Positions 1 to 7,941 of a stretch of DNA of 37,616 bases are shown piece after piece. Made by a program: the position numbers and the translations under genes. Each line of letters starts with the position of its first letter. Position 1 is the stretch's first letter. Below the pieces are notes generated by a model. The model saw only the letters and a list, made by a program, of their open reading frames with translations. It was not told the origin of the DNA and did not search any database. Source of the DNA: Candidatus Thorarchaeota archaeon (GTDB lineage Archaea; Asgardarchaeota; Thorarchaeia; Thorarchaeales; Thorarchaeaceae); NCBI GenBank assembly GCA_016839605.1, contig JAEOTX010000106.1, positions 1 to 37,616 on the forward strand, in the 5' to 3' direction.

Positions 1-2
1 GG

Positions 3-605
3 TCACGTTACTTTTGCTTTTGGACAAGGCCTCATTATCATATGGAAGTCATGGATCCAAATCACTTCCAGAGGTCATCTCAGTCATTCCCACTTGATCT
101 TAGATTTGGAGCAGCTCAAGTTATTTCCGGAGAGGACACGAACAAGTTTGAATGTGAAGTGATTAGTTGTACAAGAGATACAATCGTTGTTGTACCAAGA
201 AACAACGCGTTCGCAAAAGCTGGCGACATCTACGGTCATCTTGCTGTATTGGGTGATGATCGCAATATAGGACTCATTGATGCAGGCATTCCGCACTATG
301 GGCATGGAGGAGTAATCGGAGATAGCATAATTCAAACTGGTGAAGCAATTAGAGTTTGGAACACTGATGTTGGACAAGCTACTGATTCAAGAGAGGGAAT
401 GACTGTGTTCTCAACCTATTCGAACGTTAGTGTGTTTCTAGGTCAAAACAGAATGCGGGGAATTTCGCATCATCTTTATTCAAAACATCAGCTGGCAAAT
501 AAGCATCCACCAATCTTCTTGATACCCGCTCTTTACGGACAGTATGAGGGCAGATTGAATGAAGGTGATTGGTTCGTGCTATCACTTTCTATTCAGGAAA
601 CATAA
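3..605 (+). CDS. M23-like (HxH) peptidase-family protein, archaeal type; 5'-truncated by window edge
   Basis: Frame is open from position 3 (SRYFCFWTRPHYHMEV...). PHYHMEV resembles the M23 PHLHFEV zinc motif; later DAGIPHYGHGG motif. The ATG at 42 is probably internal. Confidence 0.5.
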   Translation, partial: SRYFCFWTRPHYHMEVMDPNHFQRSSQSFPLDLRFGAAQVISGEDTNKFECEVISCTRDTIVVVPRNNAFAKAGDIYGHLAVLGDDRNIGLIDAGIPHYGHGGVIGDSIIQTGEAIRVWNTDVGQATDSREGMTVFSTYSNVSVFLGQNRMRGISHHLYSKHQLANKHPPIFLIPALYGQYEGRLNEGDWFVLSLSIQET

Positions 606-662
606 TTGAATAGCGGACGGCGGAGGTCTTTCATTCTTGTCTATGGAAAAATAGAAAAAGAT

Positions 663-688
663 AGAGAGGAGCGGCTAAACTCCTCTCT
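663..688 (-). terminator. Hairpin plus U-rich tract downstream of the 87-aa secreted-peptide gene
   Basis: 9-bp perfect inverted repeat AGAGAGGAG-N8-CTCCTCTCT, followed on the minus strand by ATCTTTTTCTATTTTT. Second hairpin GGGTGT...ACACCC at 695-727. Confidence 0.65.
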
Positions 689-727
689 GCTAAGGGGTGT
701 CCCTAAAAAACGGGATGTCATACACCC

Positions 728-991
728 TCACTTGAAATCATATGCGGAGAAACCGAGGCCGCCAGCCCCATCTACAACATCGTATGAGCCAGGATCTTCA
801 TGGATTTCAATTGGAACTCTACGATGGATCTCCTTTGGCACTGGTTCTCGGTCCACAGTAGTATCATCCCCGCCTGAATCGTCTAGGCATGGTGTCGCAG
901 ACATAGTGTACTTTGCACTAGCGAACACAGCCATAGCTGACAGAGCAAGAAGGAAGACTACTCCCGCTGCAAATATAGTCTTTTTATTCAA
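728..991 (-). CDS. Small secreted protein/prepropeptide (87 aa) with Sec-type signal peptide
   Basis: MNKK n-region, hydrophobic h-region and ASA cleavage site. TTG start preceded by purine-rich GAGGAGAGTAGGT; hairpin terminator after the stop. Confidence 0.7.
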   Translation of the reverse strand: MNKKTIFAAGVVFLLALSAMAVFASAKYTMSATPCLDDSGGDDTTVDREPVPKEIHRRVPIEIHEDPGSYDVVDGAGGLGFSAYDFK

Positions 992-1142
992 GATTACCTA
1001 CTCTCCTCTATTGGATGCTTTGCGGTCAAATTCGTGCCGCTGCCAACAACGCTGACAGTTGTCCTGAGGTCTGCGAAGAGCGATCCCTTCCAAAAACAAA
1101 GGGTCCGTGCAATCCGAGCTTCCGAAGACATTGAATTTAACC

Positions 1143-1173
1143 ACGTAATAGTATTACGTAAACTACTATATAT
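1143..1173. promoter_or_regulatory. Operator palindrome 1 plus TATA-like element
   Basis: Perfect 8-1-8 palindrome ACGTAATA-G-TATTACGT (1143-1159), ATATAT at 1168-1173. Confidence 0.75.
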
Positions 1174-1323
1174 GTATTTTGCTGCCATGTTACAGATAGA
1201 CAAAAGCCTTGTATGACTTGAAAGCGATGGCGAAAACAGAGAGAAGGAGGGCGGAACCTTCAAGCCCGGCACTTCGAGAACGCAAGGAAGGCAAGAACTT
1301 TGTCCTTTACACTTGAAGATTCC

Positions 1324-1351
1324 ACGTGATAGTATTACAAATTACATATAT
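1324..1351. promoter_or_regulatory. Operator palindrome 2 plus TATA-like element
   Basis: ACGTGATA-G-TATTACAA (1324-1340), ATATAT at 1346-1351; flanks also resemble copy 1. Confidence 0.7.
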
Positions 1352-1501
1352 GTCTTGTGGCTGGGCCTTAATACGAAGAGAATCGTTAACTAGCCTGTGT
1401 TTTGCAACTAAGGCCATTGATAGTTATCAGAACACGGTGATCCATTCCGTATGGTAAATCCAATTTAGTAAATCCTCATGAAGGACTAATAGCAACTTAG
1501 A

Positions 1502-1530
1502 TTGTAATAGTGTTACGTAGAAAGATATAT
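1502..1530. promoter_or_regulatory. Operator palindrome 3 plus BRE/TATA upstream of the RHH gene
   Basis: TTGTAATA-G-TGTTACGT (1502-1518), then AGAAAG-ATATAT (1519-1530), ~40 nt before the ATG at 1571. Confidence 0.7.
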
Positions 1531-1570
1531 TAGAATCCAATTCAATGAATATACGAACACTGGTGATTAT

Positions 1571-1903
1571 ATGGCCGATAAGAAACGTACATCGAAAGGC
1601 GCTGCACAGCTCAGCTTAAGAGAAGAACTCCTTGGGCAACTATCAGCAGAGGAATTTGGTCTAAAGAAACGAGAGATATCGGTGATGACCCGAATGAGCT
1701 CGGATATTGTTGAGATTCTTGACGCTCTTGTCGAACTTGAGATTTTCAAGAGTCGATCTGAAGCGGTTGCTGCTTTCGTTGAAAAGGCAATAACATCTCG
1801 TCACGATCTATTTGGTGAGATAAAGGTACAGGCTAAAGAGATTACTCGCATGCGCGAAACCGCAAAGCGTCTCGCCTTCAAAGCAATGCAGGACAAGGGC
1901 TAA
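1571..1903 (+). CDS. Ribbon-helix-helix (CopG/Arc/MetJ-type) transcriptional regulator with C-terminal coiled coil
   Basis: ISVMTRMSSDIVEILDALVELEIFKSRSEAVAAFVEKAI fits the beta-strand, helix, (SRSE) helix RHH pattern. Confidence 0.8.
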   Translation: MADKKRTSKGAAQLSLREELLGQLSAEEFGLKKREISVMTRMSSDIVEILDALVELEIFKSRSEAVAAFVEKAITSRHDLFGEIKVQAKEITRMRETAKRLAFKAMQDKG

Positions 1904-2045
1904 TTCAAGACATGCACTTCGGTGCAGCAGGATTCGTGGCGGAATGGTGGCGGGCCCTAAGTAGTTAGTAGCTGATTTTTCGTTCGCCCTAAAGCATCAG
2001 TTCGATTTTTGACACTCGACTTGATTCCAATGATATGAAACTGAC

Positions 2046-2726
2046 TCATTCCCAGACTTGAGATGACTGAACCCAGTCAGTATCAACTAGTACGATTGGC
2101 CCTCTTTGATGCTCATTGAGAAACAGGATTATCGCAAGAATTCCCGCGATTAATCCAATCGCCTGAGCAAGAATGAATGCTTGAAGTATGGCGAAGAGAG
2201 CAATCAGAAAATAGGAAACTGGCCAAATTGCTTCTATGAGACCATATGCCGTGAAGACAGTTGGTTGAGGGGCTCTATAACGAAGTCGCAAGAGGGTGAT
2301 GCCAAAAATAATTGACACCGCAGCACTAAGAGCGAAGAATCCTAAGCTGAATAGCACCAGAGTTTCGAGAGGCATCATGGCAATGAAATAGGTATTGGCG
2401 GCTTCATCAAGAATCAGAAGAACACCTTCTAGAATGGCTACCAGAACTAGGATCGATGACCTATACTGGATTGAAAGCCCGTATACCCCTAGAATCACAA
2501 GAACCGCAGCGGTTGTCCTAGCCAAAATCATTATGCTAGATATGACCACAACGAGTTCAGTAAAGGGCATGGGACCAATAGGCCGAACGAAAATCAGAGA
2601 GGAAATTGTGCCAAATAGCCCTATGATACTACCAAGCAGTCCAGCAAGAATGAAGAGTCTGGGATTTCGCCCAGTATCAGATAGACTGTCGTCTATAGTC
2701 TGGTAATAGCGTTCTTCGCCCATCAA
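2046..2726 (-). CDS. Multi-pass membrane protein, unknown function
   Basis: 226 aa with about 6 hydrophobic segments. Confidence 0.75.
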   Translation of the reverse strand: MMGEERYYQTIDDSLSDTGRNPRLFILAGLLGSIIGLFGTISSLIFVRPIGPMPFTELVVVISSIMILARTTAAVLVILGVYGLSIQYRSSILVLVAILEGVLLILDEAANTYFIAMMPLETLVLFSLGFFALSAAVSIIFGITLLRLRYRAPQPTVFTAYGLIEAIWPVSYFLIALFAILQAFILAQAIGLIAGILAIILFLNEHQRGPIVLVDTDWVQSSQVWE

Positions 2727-2839
2727 TAGACCCTCAACTGAATCTCAATCTCCATGAATAAGATTACAAGAAAAGGAATAAACCTTTGCCGCCAAGGATA
2801 TGGCGATATGGTTAAAGCGGAAGGAAATCACCTTCGACA

Positions 2840-3829
2840 ATGGTAGCATTGGTCGAGAGAATTCGTCTTTCTATCGGAACAGCAATTCAGATGGGATTAG
2901 AATCTGGCAAGATGGACGACTTCTTCTCAACAGCTTTCCTCATGACCTATGCTGAGGGGAAGTGTTCTGCGAATTGCGCCTTTTGCCCACAAGCTAGAGA
3001 AAGCAAATCATCGTCAGATCGATTATCCAGAATCGCTTGGCCAGAATACAATTGGAACGAAGTGGCTGGACGGCTCTCAGATGATACTTCCTTCAAACGT
3101 GTATGCATCCAGGTTCTGAATACACCTGATGTAGTAGATGAGGTAGAAAAGATAATCGAGCTTCTCAGAACTGAAACATCAATTCCAATCTCAGTTTCCA
3201 TTCATCCTTTAACAATAGGTCAGATGAAACGAATTCATGACGCGGGCGCTGACAGTATCGGCATCGCATTTGATGCCTGTACAGAGTCACTCTTTGAATC
3301 TGTTAAGGGAAACGGCCGAGGATCAACTTACAGATGGCAAAGTCACATCGAAGCCTTATCCAATGCCATTGAGGTGTTTGGTGAAGGAAATGTGGCTACG
3401 CATCTAATAATAGGGTTAGGTGAGTCTGAGGCAGAAATTGTAGAGTTCTTGAAGATGATGAAGGCTCGCAATATCCGGGTTGGCCTATTTGCTTTCACTA
3501 ACATTCGTGGAACCGCCATGGAGAATAGGAAACAACCCGACCTCTCGAAGTACAGACGGGTTCAGGTTACTCATTATCTACTTTCAAATGAAATCATTAC
3601 CGAAGACCAAATCGGAGTGACGGAAGCTGGTGCTATTCAGCTCGCTCTACCACCGTCACATTTGAAGCAAATCTTATCATCAGGGGCTGCATTTCAGACA
3701 TCTGGCTGCAAAGACTGCAACCGCCCCTACTATAATGAACGTCCTAGTGGCCCACTTTATAATTATCCGCGACCACTTACACAAGAAGAGGCTATTGAAG
3801 CCATTGCAGCGACTGGACTGGTGACCTGA
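2840..3829 (+). CDS. lipS2: Radical SAM enzyme, archaeal lipoyl synthase subunit LipS2-like (biotin-synthase-related)
   Basis: CxxxCxxC (CSANCAFC). C-terminal TSGCKDCNRP matches the LipS2 TxGCPxC(N/D)RP motif except P->K. Directly upstream of lipoate ligase genes. Confidence 0.75.
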   Translation: MVALVERIRLSIGTAIQMGLESGKMDDFFSTAFLMTYAEGKCSANCAFCPQARESKSSSDRLSRIAWPEYNWNEVAGRLSDDTSFKRVCIQVLNTPDVVDEVEKIIELLRTETSIPISVSIHPLTIGQMKRIHDAGADSIGIAFDACTESLFESVKGNGRGSTYRWQSHIEALSNAIEVFGEGNVATHLIIGLGESEAEIVEFLKMMKARNIRVGLFAFTNIRGTAMENRKQPDLSKYRRVQVTHYLLSNEIITEDQIGVTEAGAIQLALPPSHLKQILSSGAAFQTSGCKDCNRPYYNERPSGPLYNYPRPLTQEEAIEAIAATGLVT

Positions 3830-3830
3830 G

Positions 3831-4598
3831 ATGGAAGAAATTCGCTTCCTCGACCTTGATACAAACAATGCACACACGAATATGGCAATTGATGAATCGA
3901 TTATGTTGGCCTTGAAGGATGGTCTTGTTCCTCCAACTCTTCGTCTATATCGATGGAACCCTTCTGCTGTTTCTATTGGGACCTTTCAAGGGATGACCGA
4001 GGAGGTGGATCTGGACTTCTGCAGGAGCCGTGAAATCGATTACATCAGGCGAATCACAGGAGGAGGGGCTGTCTATCATGACTATGAGGGTGAAATCACT
4101 TACAGCATTATCTTGCCTAGGGGGCACAAGCTAGCTCCAGACGATATTCTTGAGTCTTACCGCGTTCTTTGTGGGGGAGTGGTCAAGGGCCTCGAACATC
4201 TGGGTATTGAAGCTGAATTCAAACCCATAAACGACGTAATTGCAGGAGGAAAGAAGGTTTCAGGAAACGCCCAAACAAGAAGGCATTCATGTGTACTCCA
4301 ACATGGTACCACCTTGCTTGATCTTGATGTTGAAACAATGTTCTCAGTCTTGAAGGTGCCTCAAGAGAAGATTTCTGACAAGATGATTGCAGACGTGAAG
4401 GAACGTGTGACCTCCGTCAGAGACCTCTTAGAACGGGAAGTCAAATTTGACGAGCTTAGAGAGGCACTGGCAGTTGGTTTCGCTGAAGCATTAGATGTCA
4501 GACTTGTGCCAGGGAGCATGACGGTGTCTGAGATTGAATCTGCAGAACGAATTGCATCTGAGAGATATAGTCGAGATGAGTGGAACCTCAAGAGGTGA
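3831..4598 (+). CDS. lplA: Lipoate-protein ligase A, catalytic subunit
   Basis: NMAIDE, RRITGGGAVYHD, KKVSGNAQ and QHGT motifs. Confidence 0.92.
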   Translation: MEEIRFLDLDTNNAHTNMAIDESIMLALKDGLVPPTLRLYRWNPSAVSIGTFQGMTEEVDLDFCRSREIDYIRRITGGGAVYHDYEGEITYSIILPRGHKLAPDDILESYRVLCGGVVKGLEHLGIEAEFKPINDVIAGGKKVSGNAQTRRHSCVLQHGTTLLDLDVETMFSVLKVPQEKISDKMIADVKERVTSVRDLLEREVKFDELREALAVGFAEALDVRLVPGSMTVSEIESAERIASERYSRDEWNLKR

Positions 4599-4600
4599 TC

Positions 4601-4897
4601 ATGATGAGCTACTACAGTCACAAAGTTCCTGGGGGGAAGCTCATCAAAGTCAGAATTGAGTCAAAGGATGATTTCATTCAAGCAATCACTCTCCTCGGAG
4701 ATTTCTTCTTACATCCCGAGGACATATTGGAGGAATTGGAGGAGTCTCTTTTGGGTGTTCAGCTTACTGAGGATTCCATTGTTGAAAAGCTCCAGACAGT
4801 TTTGAAAAACAACAAAGCAATACTAATCGGTGCAAATGCAACCGACTTCGCTCAAGCTATTATATCAGCATGGAGAGCGTCAGACCGTAACTCATAA
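4601..4897 (+). CDS. lplB: Lipoate-protein ligase accessory (C-terminal domain) subunit
   Basis: HKVPGGKLI and GDFFLHPED motifs; ATG at 4601 follows a GAGGTGA RBS. Confidence 0.85.
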   Translation: MMSYYSHKVPGGKLIKVRIESKDDFIQAITLLGDFFLHPEDILEELEESLLGVQLTEDSIVEKLQTVLKNNKAILIGANATDFAQAIISAWRASDRNS

Positions 4898-4932
4898 CAA
4901 TCGGCAACGCGCCAGAAAGTTAGTGACTTGCA

Positions 4933-5802
4933 TTGAAGCTAGCTAGATTTGTAGAAGGATCAAGAGTCGTCGTCGGACTTGTGATTGATGACCATGTCGA
5001 CGTATATGAGGCTCTGGGATCTGACCCATTCGGTGACTACATTGAGCAATTTCAACCAGATGAAATTGAACTGAGTGATTTTATAAAAGCGCAAATAGAA
5101 GGGCAGGAGTCGTTGTCCTATGATTTGTCATGGGTGGAGCCCCGATTCATTATGCCTATGGTCCCTTCTGAAGTATGGGCCGCAGGAGTGACGTACAAGC
5201 GTAGTGTGGAGGCTCGTGAGGATGAAACCGGTGTAAAGGGAATATACGACATGGTTTACGAATCCGAGCGTCCAGAGATTCTAATCAAGGGACTTGGTTA
5301 CAGAACTGTAGGTCCAAATGATATCATATGTATTAGGAGCGATGCCACTTGGAACGTTCCTGAACCAGAATTTACTCTTGTCTACGGAGAGAAGAATGTT
5401 GTAGCATATATGATTGGAAATGATGTCAGCTCTAGAGATATAGAAGGGGAGAATCCCCTATATCTACCCCAGGCCAAAGTGTGGCGTAACTCTTGTGCAA
5501 TTGGTCCATATCTCGTCACAGCTGATGAAGTGAAAGATCCGCGAAACGTAGGCATATCCTTGGTCATCCATCGCGATGGTGAGGTAGTATTCTCAGGTGA
5601 AACAAGCACCGCAAACATGAAGCGCAAGTTCGAAGAGCTGACAACGCATCTCTTCAGAGACAATCCAGTCCCCAGAGGTGCTATTATGTTGACTGGCGTA
5701 GGAGTCGTTCCTCCTGACGACTTCTCGCTCAAACATGGTGACCTAGTAGAAATCACCATGGAAGGACTAGGAACCATGCGTAACTACGTGCAGCAGCTCT
5801 AA
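4933..5802 (+). CDS. Fumarylacetoacetate hydrolase family protein, 2-keto-3-deoxy-pentonate dehydratase-like (KdaD/XylX type)
   Basis: EVWAAGVTYKRS, YDMVYESERPE, VPEPE and GNDVSSRDIEGENPLYLPQAK motifs. Confidence 0.85.
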   Translation: MKLARFVEGSRVVVGLVIDDHVDVYEALGSDPFGDYIEQFQPDEIELSDFIKAQIEGQESLSYDLSWVEPRFIMPMVPSEVWAAGVTYKRSVEAREDETGVKGIYDMVYESERPEILIKGLGYRTVGPNDIICIRSDATWNVPEPEFTLVYGEKNVVAYMIGNDVSSRDIEGENPLYLPQAKVWRNSCAIGPYLVTADEVKDPRNVGISLVIHRDGEVVFSGETSTANMKRKFEELTTHLFRDNPVPRGAIMLTGVGVVPPDDFSLKHGDLVEITMEGLGTMRNYVQQL

Positions 5803-5861
5803 TGCATCTTCCATTCCTGCAAAGAGTGAAATACTCAAACACATTGCACAGCATGATAGCA

Positions 5862-6286
5862 ATGTCTGTGTATGATGATGACAAGAAGATAAAGAAGATT
5901 GACGATGACATTGACAAGTTCAAGGATGAGCTTCGTCTAGCAGAATCGCAGCTACAAGGATTAGACTCTCGCCTCGATGCGGACATTGAACGGTTCCGCA
6001 GTATCGTTAAGGCACGACGAGATGAGTACAAGGCAGCTGAGGACGCTTGGAGGTCTGCAGACAAGGATTACGAGTTTGCCAAGAAGCAAAAAGACAAGCA
6101 GGTTTCAGACCTTAGGAAGCGTGTTGACCGGCTGAGAAAGCGAATCAAGGATGCAGCCAAGACTCGAGATAAGAGAATTCGCGAGATAGAGAAGGAGCGG
6201 CAAAAGCAACGATAAGGGTGAAGAAAGAAAAGGCTAAAGAGAAGGAACGACTGAAGAACGAGCTTAGTAATGAAATGAGCCGCTAA
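5862..6286 (+). CDS. Highly charged coiled-coil protein with a probable frameshift near 6203 (0-frame stop 6215, -1-frame stop 6286)
   Basis: K/R/D/E heptad-rich ORF from MSVYDD. The -1 frame continues KATIRVKKEKAKEKERLKNELSNEMSR* with the same composition. Confidence 0.65.
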
Positions 6287-6309
6287 GGGATTATGTTGGA
6301 GGATTCTCT

Positions 6310-7287
6310 ATGAATGCATACTTCATGATAGTGCTGCTGTCTTTCATTTTGTTTTTTGTAGTGTGGGGTCTCGGTTGGCTGCTTGAAACTCTCTCTAGCT
6401 ATGTTCTGAGCACGACCCGAAATCCAGGTTCAAGAGCATGGTACATGCTTGTTGGCCCTGGAGTTGCGCTACACGAGTCGTCTCATGCGCTAGGATGTGT
6501 CTTCACTAGGACTAAGGTGGTTGAGTTCAAGCCAATCAATGTGACAGTTCAGGATGATCGAATCATCCTGGGATATGTGCGCTATGTGAATCCAACAAGT
6601 TCACTCAAGAGAGCTGTCATAAACCTAGCACCTGTTGCAGTATCTCTTGTGCTTCTCACGTTCTTCGCTCTTGCTGCGACCTACTTGGTTCCAGGTTCGC
6701 ATCTTGGAGGAGAGGCTATTGATCTGTGGCAGACTCTTATTGCTATCAAGAGCGATCCTATAGCACTCAGCAATTGGATGCTTCCAGCGGAGCAGATTGG
6801 AGGATTTGTCTACGATTTCCTCTATGCATTCTCAGGGCTTACAGTCATCAATCCGCTTTTTTGGCTAGTGTCATTTCTAGCAATGACAATAATGTTCAGC
6901 AACGCACCCTCTGATGTTGATATCAGGAATGCCAAGACAGGTCTGATATTCATTGTAGTCTTCAATCTAATTTGGTTGGGTGTGGCATATGCTTTGCCTG
7001 CTGCTGGTTTTGCACTTTATGGCGTATATGAGCTTCTTGCTGTGATGTTTGCTCTTGCTATCGCGTTTGCAGCTCTCGGGTATGGATTCTTCATTCTAGT
7101 TGCTGGCCTTGCAAGGATAAAGACGCCTCTCCAGCTGATACCATTGCTTGGCTGCCTTGGATCTGGTATTGCACTCTCCTATCTTGCGATAGGAACCGCT
7201 GCATTTCAGACAGTTGTGGCAATCGGAGTCCTCGTCGTTCTAATGCTTATCCTCCTTATGGTGAAGAGTACAAGGGCAGAAGGGTAG
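6310..7287 (+). CDS. Membrane-embedded zinc metalloprotease, M50-like
   Basis: HESSH (HExxH) next to a TM segment, NLAP and NAPSDVD motifs, many TM helices; GGAGG RBS. Confidence 0.75.
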   Translation: MNAYFMIVLLSFILFFVVWGLGWLLETLSSYVLSTTRNPGSRAWYMLVGPGVALHESSHALGCVFTRTKVVEFKPINVTVQDDRIILGYVRYVNPTSSLKRAVINLAPVAVSLVLLTFFALAATYLVPGSHLGGEAIDLWQTLIAIKSDPIALSNWMLPAEQIGGFVYDFLYAFSGLTVINPLFWLVSFLAMTIMFSNAPSDVDIRNAKTGLIFIVVFNLIWLGVAYALPAAGFALYGVYELLAVMFALAIAFAALGYGFFILVAGLARIKTPLQLIPLLGCLGSGIALSYLAIGTAAFQTVVAIGVLVVLMLILLMVKSTRAEG

Positions 7288-7300
7288 TCAGTTGCACCAA

Positions 7301-7520
7301 ACTTGGACAGGTGGTTATATAGTTCAAATTGGACAGTATGATATAGAGTTGATCAATGGCAAGAACCACGTCAATGAACTAACTCTACAGTCGCCGCGAG
7401 TTGCACGGAGACAGAAAACGCCTGTTGGAGAGGTCGTTAGACATCAAAAGGTCCTGCACCTATGATGCAGTCCCGATGAATCAGGAACCGAACATCGATC
7501 ATGGAATGTTATGTCCAAGT
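7301..7520. promoter_or_regulatory. Repeated TTGGACA boxes upstream of the wHTH gene
   Basis: ACTTGGACAG (7301-7310), AATTGGACAG (7327-7336) and an inverted copy TGTCCAAGT (7512-7520). Confidence 0.4.
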
Positions 7521-7593
7521 CTGTATAAGTTTCGGGCAACGGTAATACCTACTTCCATATTTCAAGGGGCCCTCCTATACTTGGGTATAGAGT

Positions 7594-7941
7594 ATGACAA
7601 AGATACAGATTGTCAGGAGACCTTCTTTGATCAGTCCCCGGCACCTCCTAAGATACGTATTCACAACAGAGATGCAGGTTGAGCAAGCAGCAAAGATTCT
7701 CAATGAGATTGTGCAAAGCGATGGTGTAGTGATTGATTCAGACTGGCGACGCTTCGTTCTCTCTAGTCGAGGTCTCTATGTCAAAGTTATGAGGAAACTT
7801 AGAGACACAGGACTTGTTGAAAAACGAATGGGCGAGTTTAGGCTGGCAAATGATTTCTCCAGCTCACTTGGAAAGATGGCGGACTTTTGGACTCAGATTG
7901 TTGGCTCTTTTCAAGGTGGGGACCGGGCTATCGCATTCTAA
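7594..7941 (+). CDS. Winged-helix domain protein
   Basis: LYVKVMRKLRDTGLVEKRMGEFRL fits a recognition helix plus wing. Confidence 0.7.
   Translation: MTKIQIVRRPSLISPRHLLRYVFTTEMQVEQAAKILNEIVQSDGVVIDSDWRRFVLSSRGLYVKVMRKLRDTGLVEKRMGEFRLANDFSSSLGKMADFWTQIVGSFQGGDRAIAF

Noticed and set aside
606-1272. ORFs 606..1055(+), 994..1272(-) and 1034..1216(+)
   Set aside because: They are antisense to the peptide gene or run through the operators and hairpins, with no RBS or protein-like motifs
1141-1530. CRISPR array or replication-origin interpretation of the three repeats
   Set aside because: Repeats are only 17 bp and degenerate, intervals of ~160 bp are far longer than spacers, and no cas, orc1/cdc6 or ORB-like G-string is present
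728-3829. RiPP cluster made of the 87-aa peptide plus the radical SAM enzyme
   Set aside because: The radical SAM carries the LipS2 motif, is coupled to lipoate ligase genes and lacks SPASM/RRE features
7401-7682. 93-aa ORF upstream of the wHTH gene
   Set aside because: Overlaps the better-supported 7594 ORF in another frame; TTG start without RBS; no motifs
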